Shown in pieces: positions 1 through 12,612 of a stretch of 45,802 nt of DNA. The translations under genes and the position numbers were made by a program. Source of the stretch: Octopus bimaculoides (Eukaryota); contig NC_068983.1 of the NCBI RefSeq assembly GCF_001194135.2, forward strand, positions 98,820,151-98,865,952. Reading direction: 5' to 3'. Under the pieces are notes generated by a model. That model did no database searches and had not been told where the DNA came from. It worked only from the letters and a program-made list of their open reading frames with translations. Position 1 is the stretch's first letter, and each line of letters begins with the position of its first letter.

Positions 1-235
1 GGCACATAAAAGACACCATTTCGAGCGTGGCCGTTTTCGTGCGGGTGACACGTAAAAGCACCCACTACACTCTCTGAGTGGTTGGCGTAAGGAAGGGCAT
101 CCAGCTGTAGAAACTCTGCCAAATTAGATTGGAGCCTGGTGTTGCCATCCGGTTTCACCAGTCCTCAGTCAAATCGTCCAACCCATGCTAGCATGGAAAG
201 CGGACGTTAAACGATGATGATGATGATGATGATGA
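1..235 (+). mobile_element. 3' part of a young SINE/LINE-tail element ending in (GAT)n, RTE-type tail
   Basis: ...aacccatgctagcatggaaagcggacgttaaacgatgatgatg; CpGs retained. Decayed copies near 4390-4610(-), 8870-9060(+), 9220-9440(-), 27430-27640(-), 43630-43790(+). Confidence 0.7.
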
Positions 236-297
236 CAGCGGTTATACATATTTATCAAGATGTCTACCTGAGGGTGGATACTCTGAGTTTCCTATCA

Positions 298-298
<1 letters not shown>

Positions 299-341
<43 letters not shown>

Positions 342-366
342 TGCTACTGCTGCTGCCACCACCACC
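299..366. repeat. Compound trinucleotide microsatellite (TAC)n-(TGC)n-(CAC)n
   Basis: Directly visible. Confidence 0.9.
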
Positions 367-1273
367 TGAAATCGCAACACCCACCAGAGTCGGGATTCAA
401 TAGTAAGGTGAAATGAGACAATTAGTGGGCTCTGAACGAGAATACCTGTTCACATTGACATCTACTATCTAATGATAAGCCGTACTGATCGGACACCTTG
501 GTGAACCAAGACAGTCAGAGAATTCTTAGGTATGAAACTTAACGAGATTGATCTGGTATATATATATATATATATATAGCTCTACTGATGACTAGGTGAT
601 CAAGTCATAAATGCAATAATAAGATAGTAGCCGATTTGAACCCAGGAGCCATCTACAGTTAGTACATCAACCTACTGAGACAATAATAATAAAGGAGTAT
701 ATCTAATCAAGTTAGCAGGTCATTGACTTAAGTATCTAAAATATTTGTCTGAAAAGAAGGTCAGGGATTCTACAAGGCAAGAAGAATTCTTTCCACAACA
801 GATAACAGATCAGTAACTTAGATATTTAGTGGAACTATTTACATATTAAAGCAGAGATGTGGTGCTAGTGGTGGTTATGGTAATATTGGTGATAAGGTGG
901 AGTCAGTAGTGGTCACATTAGTGATGGTGTTGTTCATGGTAGTATTAGGGGGAGGGTGGTACTGGTGGTGGAGGCGATGGTAGTACTCATATTAGGGGTA
1001 CTTTAATGATAGTGTTTGTCATGATGGTAGTATTGGTGTCAATGGCAGTGATGGTATTGGTGGTCACATGGTAATAACTACTGATGAGGCTAAGTTGTTT
1101 ACTGTATGTGCATGAGTGTGTGTGTGTGTGAGAGAGAGAGAGAAAGAGCAACCACTAAAAAGATTCAGGAGTGAATTAAACCATCACACAACACCATAGC
1201 TTAGTTAAGATTAAGGACACATTACCATGTTCTGAAGCATGTAATGAATACTAATTACATGCACAAACACACA

Positions 1274-1306
<33 letters not shown>

Positions 1307-1362
1307 TACACACGCACACACACCACCCACACATTCTATTTTCCTGTTTGCATCACCAAACC

Positions 1363-1394
<32 letters not shown>

Positions 1395-1457
1395 TACACA
1401 CACACACACACAAACACACACTCATACATACATATATACACATACACACATATATAC
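1274..1457. repeat. Compound (TA)n/(CA)n microsatellite field, one of dozens in the window
   Basis: Directly visible; source of the HT/YI/CV pseudo-ORFs. Confidence 0.95.
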
Positions 1458-2056
1458 AAGCATATCTCGGCTTAAGTCTTTCTCAATTATACGTCAATTT
1501 TCAAAAATAATATATGGAAAAAATAAAAATCAAGTTAAGTCATTTTACTCAACTTTACATCTGTCCGCCACAAATATCGGAATCGTAAAATCACAAAAAA
1601 ATCATTAAACCCACATAAAATCATGTTACTGTACAATAGATAAGAATAAAAGCATATAAAATCATATTAAAATACATACAGTAAATGTTAAGATACACAC
1701 CATAAAGTAGTGTAGCTTAGTGAATGAAATTGTATGTACATATTGGTAAATTTAAAATAATTTAGTTTGCTTTACAATCGTGAAATAATAATAATGACTG
1801 AATTTGTTTTTTTTAAACTTAAAAAAAGGATTTTATTTTGCCATGTCTTTGCAAAACACATTCATAAATAAAGTACAGAACTGGGAATGGTTATTATCGG
1901 TTTAGCCGAGGGACAAAGTAAATTTGGCCTGGCCTAGCCTAGCCCAGAGACAAGTTAATTCGACGTAAGTCGTTTTTTGACTAAAGTCGTCGTGTCTCTT
2001 GGAACCAATTAATGACGTAGGGTGAGGTATGCCTGTATACATATATATATATATAT

Positions 2057-2405
2057 CCTGAGCGTCATACTAATACATCCTTTTGTTATTTACACCACCT
2101 GTCCTCGTCTGTTGTTGTTTTTTCGTACATTCTCCCATATATATATATATATATATATAGTTCAAAAAACAATAACAAAAAGACAAAAAAACAACAAAGT
2201 GAGGACGTGATATGGATAGTATTATTGGACGCTCAGGAAAGGAAAGAGAGAGTGTATGACGTTTCGGGCGTGGCCCTTCGTCGGAAAGATGGAAAGTTCG
2301 GAGAATGGAAGAACGGAGAAAGAGGAAAATGGTACCAATGCCCACGAGGTTACATTATGAAAAGACCGGAAGAGGAGGTGGTGGGGGAAAAGTTCTTTCT
2401 AAGAC
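2057..2405 (-). mobile_element. Penelope-like element terminal (pLTR-type) fragments embedded in (TA)n
   Basis: Minus-strand motif CCGACGAAGGG-N5-CCCGAAACGTC, typical of Penelope-type ends. Flanked by (TA)n. The 2057-2136 segment recurs inverted at 45513-45587. Confidence 0.55.
2258..2284 (-). ncRNA. Minimal hammerhead-ribozyme-like motif (variant core CCGACGA)
   Basis: CCGACGA-A-GGGC-CAC-GCCC-GAAA-CGTC; 4-bp stem II, palindromic ACGT stem III; stem I weak. Confidence 0.4.
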
Positions 2406-2559
2406 AGGAGAGTGATATATATATATATATATATGTGAGTAAATGGATCTTTGCCAGTTTTTTTTAACAATGTGCATCCCAGCTGATCGATCAGGTGGAA
2501 TACACACTCATTGAATTAGCATGTAAGTGGTTGAATATTCCACACACACACACACATCC

Positions 2560-3170
2560 TTATTTTTTAATTGTTTGTCATTGAACTGTGGCCATACTGG
2601 GGCACTATCTTAATGGGTTGGGTGAAAATCAACTCCAGCATTTATTTTTCAAGCTTTGTTATACTTATCTCTTTTACTCAATCACTAAGCTATGAGGATG
2701 CAAACAAACCAACACTTGCTGTCAAGATGTGGTGGTGGGTGGAACAAACACACACACACACACACAATGCATTTCAGCATAATTTCTATCTACCAAATTC
2801 ACTCACAAAGCATTGGTTGGCTAAGGCCATACTGGGGCACCTCCTTGAGGAATTTTTAGTTGAATTAACCCTAGTACTTCTTTTTTTTAAGCCTGCTACT
2901 TATTCTATTGGTCTGTTTTGCCGACCCACTAAGTTATGGGGACATAAACACACCAACACCAGTTGTCAAATGGTGTAGTAAGGGACAAATAGAGACACAA
3001 AAACACACACGCACACACATGATGGTCTTCTTTCAGTTTCTGCCTATCAAATCTTCTCACAAGGCGTTACCGAGCCCGAGGCTATAGTAGAAAAGAGGTG
3101 CCATGCTGTGGGACTGAACCCAGAACCATGTGGTTGGGAAGCAAGCTTCTTACCACTCAGTTATGCCTGT
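2560..3170 (-). mobile_element. Nested/fragmented copies of the abundant tRNA-derived SINE with internal microsatellite (SINE-A)
   Basis: Shares caccagttgtcaa, tctttcagtttc..ctaccaaat and gggactgaacccagaaccatgtggttgggaagcaagc with more than 20 other copies. Confidence 0.85.
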
Positions 3171-4652
3171 GCCTATAGAAGAAACTTGACCAAGGTGCTG
3201 TTCAGTGGGACACAACCTGAAACTATGTGGATGGAAAGCAAACTTCTTAATGACACAGACATACCAGCACCTATTTTGCACCTTAATGTAATAATTCTCA
3301 CACAGAACTCACATGATAGTGTGTAACAAGGCTGGCCCTTTGGTTCACAAGTACAGTTAGTTCATTGGGTTTCCTCGAGATTTTTCGTCTGCACTATTTC
3401 ACCAACAAGGTTTGTGCCAACCTACAGTTATGGAAAAAAGACACTGGTTCAAGATGCTCCTTAGTAGGAATGAACCTGGGATCTCATGACAGCAAAGTGA
3501 ACTTCTTAAACCATCCAGCCACATACATATATTTAAAATTTCATTACACTTCACTGTGGAAACCAATCTGTCTTTTGTTGAGGAATGTCATGTTTGAAAC
3601 TACTTCTTGTTGAGATAAGTCAAGATAATTGAGTCAACTTAACTTGCAGAAAATATCAATTCTATTTTTTGGTAGATACTCAACATCATTACTAGAATAA
3701 CCATGAAATTTAACTTCGCAATTAAAAGGGACAAACATATGCATAATTATGCACATACAACATACATGTAAAACACTCACACACACATAATGATTCATAT
3801 ATAAATTTTAGATATGAAAATATAATGAACAAATAGAAAATGTATAAATTCATGTAACACATACACTCTTATACACAAATACAGATATTATATATACATA
3901 CACACACACGCATATATATATATATATATATATATAATACATACACACACATATACATACACACACGCACAGAAAATTTAAACAAATTTATACTACAAAA
4001 ATGATGAAAAACAAAGTGCCAGCAAAATAGATGAAAGTAGCTGTAAAAAAAAGATGATTAAAGGCAAATCATTAACGAAGTTAATTAAATACTCGTGGGA
4101 GACAAGATGAACACAACTATATCATAAAGCCGACTGTAGGTGAGGAATGAAATCGCTGGCGCTTGTGTTGCCACAGCAAAACAAAACAGACATTTTAGGA
4201 AAATCAGGAAATGTTGATTGAATGAGATGGCATTGATGGTGGTGCAGAATTTAGTGAGGGAATTATGCAGGCATATCAATCTTCTGCTATGTAATCACTT
4301 CAAATGTGCAAAGAAACTTTTGGTAATTAGAAAGAACATAAATATGATGACAATCCTGCCTCTTCCACCCCTCTCTCCCGCCTCTTGTTGTTGTTGTTTT
4401 AACATCTACTTTGCTATGCTTACATGGAATGGATGGAATTTGTTGAGACAGATTTTGGCGGCTGGATGCCTTTTCTGTCATCAACCCTCAATGGTTTCCC
4501 AAGTAAGATATTTCACCCCTGGGCAGATATGTTTTCACGGAAGACTGAAAACAAAGGACATGTGATAGTGACACTGATTTACAACTATCATGTGATGCCG
4601 AGGTAGGGAGACACTAGCACATGCATGTGCACATGTAAATATGCACACACTA

Positions 4653-4863
4653 CAGAGACTGCCCCAAAAATGTATACAGACTTCAGGAAAGGAAAAATCT
4701 TTATAAATATTTGACTTGTATAAGTGCCTTTATAAATATAGATACCTCTTTCGATGTTTTATCAAACTGCGATAACACTGAGTAAATTGCAATAATACTG
4801 AATTAAAATATTTATAGAGATTTTTCCTTTCCTGAAGTGTGAATACATTTTTGGGGCAGACGC

Positions 4864-4865
<2 letters not shown>
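4653..4865. mobile_element. Tc1/mariner-type MITE, 213 bp, 60-bp TIRs, TA target duplication
   Basis: TIRs 4653-4712 and 4806-4865 (5 mismatches), begins CAG, TA at 4651-4652 and 4866-4867. Confidence 0.85.
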
Positions 4866-4905
<40 letters not shown>

Positions 4906-6511
4906 CACACACACACACACATAAATATATGTACCACATGTTTTTTATAGATTCTGTCTACCAAATCCACTCACAAGGCTTTGGTTGGCTTGTGGCTATA
5001 GTAGAAGACACTTACAAAGGGTGCTATGCAGCGGGACTGAACCTGAAACTGTTGTTAGGGAGCAAGAGCAAACTTCTTAGCACACAGCCATGTCAACACC
5101 TACAATTTCTACTAAATGGTCCCACACTAACCACCATGTTCACTCTTCACTTCCCAGAATGTTGGTCTTTTGTAATCTCCTTGTAAATGTTTGATATAAC
5201 AGCATCAATCTCACTGGGCTCAGAGGGCCTGTGTAGTCCAGTGCCCAACAAATGAGGGAGTGGCGGTGGGAATCCACAGTCCCTCACAAATTTCAAACTA
5301 ATGAGGGAGCATTGCCTTAACAGTAAACCTGCTAAAAGTAGCAGCCAAATCTTCCTAAAAATCGCTCCCTGCTGTCTTAAAATGGATGTTGGATAATGTG
5401 ATCCTGCGCTCTTTGCACAGAAGAAAAACACATGAAGGATTATAGATGGAAAGCCCTCAGGATAAACATCAACAACAACAGCCCCAAAGCTATCCAATTC
5501 TTCTGTTGGTCCCAGAAAAAAATGAAACTACTTATTTCTATTTTCCTCGAAATACTTGTGGCAAACCTTACGTTTATTGCCTGCCAACAATAATAAGCTA
5601 ATTAATTCTACAGAATCCTTTTTCATTACAAGTCCATACCACCACACTGCATCTCCCAACTCCTCTCTCTATTTCTTTAACAATACCTATCATTAACAGC
5701 TATTTAAATTCCAGTCATAAGAATTTCTCTACATTGTTGCTATTCATGCCTTCAATGTAATCTATCTATCTATCTAAATAAATAAAATAAACTAAGTGTT
5801 AACTAGTGAAAGCAATAATACTTGGTATTGATGATGAAACAAAAGAATTCTTTAATGTGTGGCATGTGGTAATTCTTAATTGTGGACATCTAGAGTAGTG
5901 GTACTTAATTGGGGTCCACACAAGCAAAATAGTAAATTCGGCATCCAAAGTAGTATTTTAAGTGTCCAGGAAAACATTTTGGCTTTAGACATATTTATTG
6001 CAAGAAACAGCTAGGTTTCTTTCTGTAATGTTTTGCATGTTCCCTCAGTGAGTGTTATTGCAAACATATATAAAACAAAATAGGAATTTTTAATAAGTAT
6101 CTATAAAACTAACTTTTACACATTATTTACATTCAACAGATATTTGTCCTCATCTTGTTTGTTGTTAACACAATGTTTCAGCTAATATACCCTCCAGCGT
6201 TCTTCAGGTGTTTTGGGGAAATTTCGAACCTGGGTTCTCATTCCTAAGGTACATAATGTAAATAATGCATATAATTCCTCATCTCTTAAATATAGAACTG
6301 TATTAACTTCTACACATTGAATAGCTATAGGGGTCCACCTGAATAAAATAGTAACCAAGGGGTCCATAAGTAAAAAAAATGGTTCAGAGTAAAAGTTTAA
6401 TAGCCCTTTACACTTACATAGAACAATAATGACCCTATAGGATATGATACCCTACTTTACTCACTAACCTTTGACACACAACTTAGACACTCCACACAAG
6501 ATCATGAAGTG

Positions 6512-6723
6512 TTAAACTCTTTAGCATTCAGAATTACTCATTTATTCAAATTGTTTTGAATTAATCATGCATTATTTGTAGCTTCAAGATTTTGATGGTG
6601 TAATAGTTTATTTTTAGAAAGGCATTGTAAGGTAGATCTAAGAGGCTGGATCTGGCCAGTTTGAATATAAAACAAGTAGAATATCGGGGCCGCATGTGGT
6701 TGGTTTAGATGCTAAAGGGTTAA
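6512..6723. mobile_element. piggyBac-type MITE (TTAA TSD; CCCTTTAGCATT...ATGCTAAAGGG termini)
   Basis: ttaa-actctttagcattc...gatgctaaaggg-ttaa. Further copies at about 8490-8703, 16032-16245, 17478-17640 (partial), 31384-31664, 33520-33656 (partial), 34804-35032, 41088-41317. Confidence 0.8.
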
Positions 6724-6911
6724 AAAAAACATTCCTCAATGAGGATGTAAACAACTCTGTCACCTTCAACAACAGACAGACTAAATCACTAAACATATGA
6801 AAGAAACTGTCATGTATCTCATTCTTTCTCGTCATAAAGTAAAACTACTAAAGTTGCTACAAATGCTAGTCTTGAAAATCTCAGTTGATTTTTCATGGAT
6901 ACATGCATGTG

Positions 6912-6949
<38 letters not shown>

Positions 6950-7724
6950 CGTGTGTGAACACACACACACACAAATATGTGTGTATACATATAACATTGC
7001 TACAACTGCATCTTAAAGACCAAGCTTCCTGTTTAAGGTTAGGAAATACCTGATCAATTGCTGACCTTATAAAAAAAAGCACAAGTAACAACCTACATTG
7101 ACGCTTGCTCATAAATGTTGTACTGTATATACAAACATCATAGACTAAATACAAAGCCATCAAAATGACAGAATAATTCATTCACGAAAGCATACCCGAT
7201 GGGTCATCAATGTATGGCTTTCTCTGATAGCCTCTTTTCTGCTACTACGATGACATTTGCTTCTCTGAATAAGCTAGCTTCATATCCTCTTCATCCATAC
7301 CAATTCACCCCATCCCAACTGTATGTCCTCTTTCCATCTACTCTTACTTTGTTTCGCCTCTCAGACCCTGCGAGAATTTTTTTTCCTGCCCATACTTTTC
7401 CAGCAAATATTGGCCAATAGACATTCAAACTGAACTACACATCAACTACACCAGTATATCTGTTTGGGGAGGCATGCAAAGGTCATCACTACTAATAATT
7501 TCTTCTGAGACAAAGTTATCTCTTAATCTTCTATCTTTTACTTGTTTCAGTCATTAGACTGTGGCCATGCTGGGGCACTGCCTTGAAGAATTTTAGTCAA
7601 ATAAATCAACCCCATTATATATTTTAATGGTCTCTTTTGCCAAATTACAAAGTAAACAAACCAACACCAGTTGTCAAGTGGTGGTGGGAGACAAACACAA
7701 ATACACATAGATAGCCACCATGAC

Positions 7725-7756
<32 letters not shown>

Positions 7757-7764
7757 TGAAGTGA

Positions 7765-8100
7765 AGGCACATGGCTCAGTGGTTAGAGTGCCTGGCTCAC
7801 ACTCATGAGGTATTGAGTTTGATTCCAAGACCAAGCTGCATGTTGTATTCTTGAGCAAGACATTGTATTTCACTTTGTTCCAGTTCACTTTGTTGTAGAA
7901 ATGAGTTTCAACATCACTGGTGTCAAGCTGTATTGGCCTTTGCCTTTCCTTTAGATAACCTTGGTGGCATGGAGAGGGGAGGCTGGTATGCACGGGCAAC
8001 TGCTGGTCATCTATAAACAGCTTTGCTTAGACTTGTGCCTCAGAGGGTAACTTTCTAGGTGCAATCCCATGGTCATTTATGATTGAAGTGGGGTCTTTAC
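7765..8100 (+). mobile_element. tRNA-derived SINE (SINE-D), near full length
   Basis: A-box TGGCTCAGTGG, B-box-like GAGTTTGATTCC; reverse complement of 12281-12612. Confidence 0.8.
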
Positions 8101-8489
8101 CTTCTTTTATATATATATAAACCATGCAGTTGGGAAGTAAACTTCTTACCACACAGCCAAGCCTGCATTTATGACTCCAATTGTACTAACTAATTATAAC
8201 CATACTGAACTAACCACAATTGCAATAAACTGATCATTAAAATGACTTCTGATGATTTACTAAACAGACTATACTATTACGCAACTGATCACATGTTTGT
8301 TAACCAGACCAAACTGTGATACACCAATGACAAAATTAAGAAATGGATCACAACTGAAGTAGAATGACTAAGTCTTAACTACCTACAACTATATTACAAT
8401 ATCTGCAACTTTACTCTCAACTGAGTAAGATTGTAAAAGCAAAAGATTTCTATGAAAATAATTTTTTTTTTTAATTACATGAATCTATT

Positions 8490-8703
8490 CTAACTCTTTA
8501 GTATTTAAACCAGCCATATCAAGCCCAAATATTTTTTCCTGGTTTATGTCCAAACTTGTTGGATCCAGCCTTTCATACCTACCTACAATGTCATTCTGTA
8601 AAATAAAAATCGCAAAGCTATGAGATAATGTATGACTAATTCAAAACAATATGAATAAATAAGCATTACATTTGACAGAATAATCGGAAGGCTAGATGGT
8701 TAA
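8490..8703. mobile_element. piggyBac-type MITE, opposite orientation to 6512-6723
   Basis: Same internal sequence reverse-complemented; ends gatggttaa. Confidence 0.75.
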
Positions 8704-10207
8704 ATAATAATTAGATTTTATGAATCATCTAATTTAATTGTCTGAATTTTGGATATGATATTCTCCCTAACAAGATTATCATGGAGAAGGTCATTTAAAA
8801 GCTGAAGTAACCATGCTGTACTTTTCTGGATGAGAATTCTGGAAATATAGTGCTGGTGCCATGTAATATGGTGATGGTACCCACATAAAAAAGCACCCAG
8901 TACACTCTGTAAACTGGTTGGTGTTAGGAAGGGTGTCCAGCCGTATAAACTAAGCTAAAACAGACTATGTAACCTGGTGCAGCCCCTGGTCTGGTCAGTT
9001 CCTGTCAAGCTGTTCATACCATGCCAGCACAGAAAACAGACGTTAAATGTTATGATGATAATGATGATAGTGAATAATGAAGACAGCACATCATTTGCAG
9101 TTATATCCAATCTGGGTGTATATCCACCACATCTACCTATTTCTCTTTTTACTGGGAAGAAAGTATATCCTTCTCCATATGCCATTTATAAAAAAAAAAA
9201 GCGCAATCGCCACCCTCGTCGTCATCATCATCATCATGTTCACTCTTCCATGCTTTCATGGGTCAAACAGAATTTGTTGAGGTAGATTTTCTATGGGGCA
9301 TGATGCTCTTCTTGCCACCAATTTATTTATTTCCAAACAAAGTTATATTTCTTCACAGCTAGACATGTTTTCCATGGAAGTTTGGAAATGGGTGACACCG
9401 CCACTTGCAAGATAGTGATGCTTATGTACAACCATTACATGATGCTAAGACAAGGGTACAAACAAACACATACACACACACACTTCCACACATACATACA
9501 CACATTGGACTTCCTTCAGTTTCCATCTATCAAATCACTCACAAGGCACTATAATAGAAGACACTTGCCCAAGATGCCATACTATGGGACAGAACCTGAG
9601 ACCACATGGTTGGGAAGTAAGCTTCTTAACTACGGGCCATATAATTTAGATATTCACTTTAACCATCTGAAGGGTAGTTTATGGGAGCTTTAGAAGAATG
9701 TAATAATAGGAAGGAATGATAGGGACCAAGTATTAAGTATAGGATCTGGAAAAAATGAAACATGGTAGAGATGAAGAGAGGGAAACCAGACTTAGGTAGC
9801 ATTAGTAGAGAGCATAGTTAGAGTGAAGAGGAAGAACAAAGGCTGTGGTTCTCTGGCAGTAACATTAGCAGGAGAACAAAGAAGAAAAGGCAAACATGTG
9901 AATCAGCAATTGTGGTGTGTTGGTGAGTGAATCATTACCAACCAAACAGATAGTGTTGTTTAGGATGCAGTCTAGACTGTTTGTGTGTGGCGGCAGCAAC
10001 AGTTGCCCCAGATATGTGAGCAGGTAAGCTTTGTAGAAGGTCAGTAACTGATGAAAGTAGAAGTATAATGTCCTGGGCTCTGAAAAGGAAGCCCTTTTTT
10101 CAAATTTCAAAACAAAATTTCTTTTTATTGATGCAGTTTTTGATTAACATAAGAGATCATTGTAGATTGTAGTGATTACTGTTTTGTAAATGACTTTGAG
10201 GGCTTTA

Positions 10208-10561
10208 TTCTTTTATTTGTTTCAGTCATTTGACTGTGGCCATGCTGGAGCACCACCTTTAGCCAAACAAATTAACCCCAGGACTTATTCTTTGTAAGCC
10301 CAGTACTTATTCTATCAGTTTTTTTTTTTACTGAACTGCTAAGTTACGGGGGACACGTAAAAACACCAGCAAGAGTTGTCAAGCGATGGTGGGAGGGCAG
10401 ACACAGAAACACATACACACACACATATATATATATATACAACAAGTTTCTTTCAGTTTCTATCTACCAAATCCACTCACAAGGCTTTGGTTGGCTGGAG
10501 GCTATAGTAGGAGACACTTCGGAACCAAGTGGTTGGTAAGCAAGCTACTTACTACACAGCC
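10208..10561 (-). mobile_element. SINE-A, near full length
   Basis: tcttttatttgtttcagtcatttgactgtggccatgctggagcacc...ctacttactacacagcc; tRNA-like head at the right end. Confidence 0.85.
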
Positions 10562-10614
10562 ACTCCTGCATCTATACAACCACTCCTGCATCTATACAAC
10601 CACTCCTTTTAGTT

Positions 10615-11935
10615 TATCTCTTGTCTTTCACTTGATTCAGTCGTTTGACTGTGGTCATGCTGGGGCACCACCTTGAAGTGTTTTAGTCAAACAAATCGAC
10701 CCCAGGACACATTTTTTTAAGGCCTGATACTTATCCCAATGGTCTCTTTTTGCTGAACCGCTAGGTTACAGGGATATAAACATACCAGCACCAGCAGTCA
10801 AACGGTGGTGGTGGTGGTAGGACAACACAGACATAAAGACACACACACAACAGGCTTCTTTTATTAAAGTTTATAATAATGATGACAAAGATGGTGGTGC
10901 TGCTGCTGCTGCTGCTCCTCTTGATGATGATGATGATGATGACGATAACAAAAGCAACAATTAGAAAAAAAAAAAAATTTTTTGTTTTGTTTACTGTTTT
11001 GCTTTCATTTTTCCTATGCTAGCATGGATTACATGATGTATTTGTTAGGGTAATTGCTTTTACAGCTGGAATGATTCCTTTGCTATTGCTAACTGCTCAA
11101 CTATGAAAGGAGGAGTGAAGTGGCTCACTTTAGGGTATAACATAAACAGCTGCAGTAAAGCTCTAAACTCATGCCTGTGCCAGAATGGCTGATCACATGC
11201 TTCAGACATCACAACAGTCAATAGGTTTAGTGGAATAAATAATGACTAGGATCTTTTATCTCTTATCTTTTACTCATTTCAGTCATTAGACTGTGGCCAT
11301 GCTGGGGCAACACCTTCAAGAATGAATCAATGAATCAACCTCAGTGCTTTTTTTTGTTAAGGTTGGCACTTATTCCAATGGTCTCTTTTTTGCCAAACTG
11401 CTAAGTTATGGGGACATAAACACATCAACACAAACACACACACGATGGGCTTCTTTCAGTTTCTGTCTACCAAATCCACTCACAAGGCTTTGGTTGACCT
11501 GAAGCTATAGTAGAAGACACTTGCCTAAGGTGCCATGCAGCAGGACTGAACTTGGAACCATGGAGTTGGGAAGCAAGCTTCTTACCACACAGCTATGACA
11601 ATTATGATATATAAAATAATCTTTCATCTTTTACTTGCTTCATTCATTGGACTGTGGCCATGCTGGGGCACCTTAGTTGAAAAAATTGATGCCAGTACTT
11701 ATTTTTCCTAAGTAAGGTATTTATCTTATCAGTGTCATAGGGGTGGGCACAGATACAAACATGAAGACATACACATACACACACAAGAGGTCTTTCCCTT
11801 TTTGCCCACCAAATCCCCTCACAAGGCCTTGGTTGGTCCAGGGCTATCTTAGAAGGCACTTGCCCAAGGTGCCATGCAATTGAACTGAGCCGAAAACCAT
11901 GTGGTTGGGAATCAAACTTCTTAGCACACAGCCAT
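10615..11935 (-). mobile_element. Three further co-oriented SINE-A copies (about 10615-10860, 11260-11595, 11620-11935)
   Basis: Same diagnostic motifs, all minus strand. Confidence 0.8.
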
Positions 11936-12052
11936 ATCTGATATATAAAATAATTACAACAAATATTATGTATTGCTGATGTTTAATTTTAAAATATGGT
12001 ATTCATAGGATGAACTTCAAAAATGATAAAAATTTGATTCCATGAATCTTAC

Positions 12053-12189
12053 CTTAGACACCGGGTGGACATAGGCTGTGTATCACCAAGACCAGCCAAC
12101 AAATATTCTACATCATCCATAAATTCTTGCGTCTCACCAGATTCTTGAACTTCATGAGCCTCTTTTACATTCCGTACAACCGTGAATAG
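12053..12189 (-). CDS. WAPL: WAPL coding exon (137 nt, start of WAPL domain): [45 protein letters not shown] + AG (split codon)
   Basis: Minus-strand acceptor tgtttcctccag and donor AG|gtaaga. The peptide closely parallels the recalled vertebrate WAPL segment [46 protein letters not shown]. Confidence 0.93.
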
Positions 12190-12280
12190 CTGGAGGAAAC
12201 AGAATGAGGTAAGAACAAAATAAGGATTCCTCTTGGTTAAACCAGAAAAAAAAAAAATAAAGTTTTTAAAACTGTAAAAA

Positions 12281-12612
12281 GTAAAGACCTCTTTCAATCA
12301 TGAATGACCTTGGGATTGCACCTAGAAAGTCACCCTCTGTGGCACAGGTCTGAGCAAGGTTGTTTATGGAAGGCCAGCAGTTGCCCATGCATACCAGCCA
12401 CCCCTCTCCATGCCACCGATGTTATCCAAGGGAAAGGCAAAGGCTGATGCAGCTTGGTACCAAAGATGTCGCAACTCATTCTTACAACTGAGTGAACCGG
12501 AGCACCGTGAAATAAAGTATCTTGTTCAAGAACACAACACATAGCCCTGTCTGGGAATCAAATTCACTACCTCATGATTGCAAGCCCAATGCTCTAACCA
12601 CTGAGCCATGCA
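12281..12612 (-). mobile_element. tRNA-derived SINE (SINE-D), about 90 bp upstream of the WAPL exon acceptor
   Basis: Ends ...ctctaaccactgagccatgc (reverse complement of head); roughly 80% identical by eye to 7765-8100. Confidence 0.8.

Noticed and set aside
1211-1608. ORFs rich in YI/HT/CV repeats, here and in many other entries of the ORF track
   Set aside because: Translations of (TA)n/(CA)n microsatellites; ORFs containing X merely run through N gaps.
4092-4135. Exon-like minus segment (cctacag|TCGGCTTT...CACGA|gtattt)
   Set aside because: The frame required after the RCL-AG exon gives RLYDIVVFILSPT, with no match to the expected WAPL continuation; weak donor.
5147-5497. 116-aa minus ORF (..RDCGFPPPLPHLLG..)
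   Set aside because: No recognisable homology; includes the repeat motif gatttggctgcta.tt.tagca seen elsewhere; no usable donor.
10561-10607. 20-bp tandem duplication cactcctgcatctatacaac
   Set aside because: Local slippage at a SINE head junction; no further structure.
10893-10948. Poly-His/Gln-like reading (HHHHHHQEEQQQQQHHH) on the minus strand
   Set aside because: Compound trinucleotide microsatellite without splice signals or flanking coding sequence.
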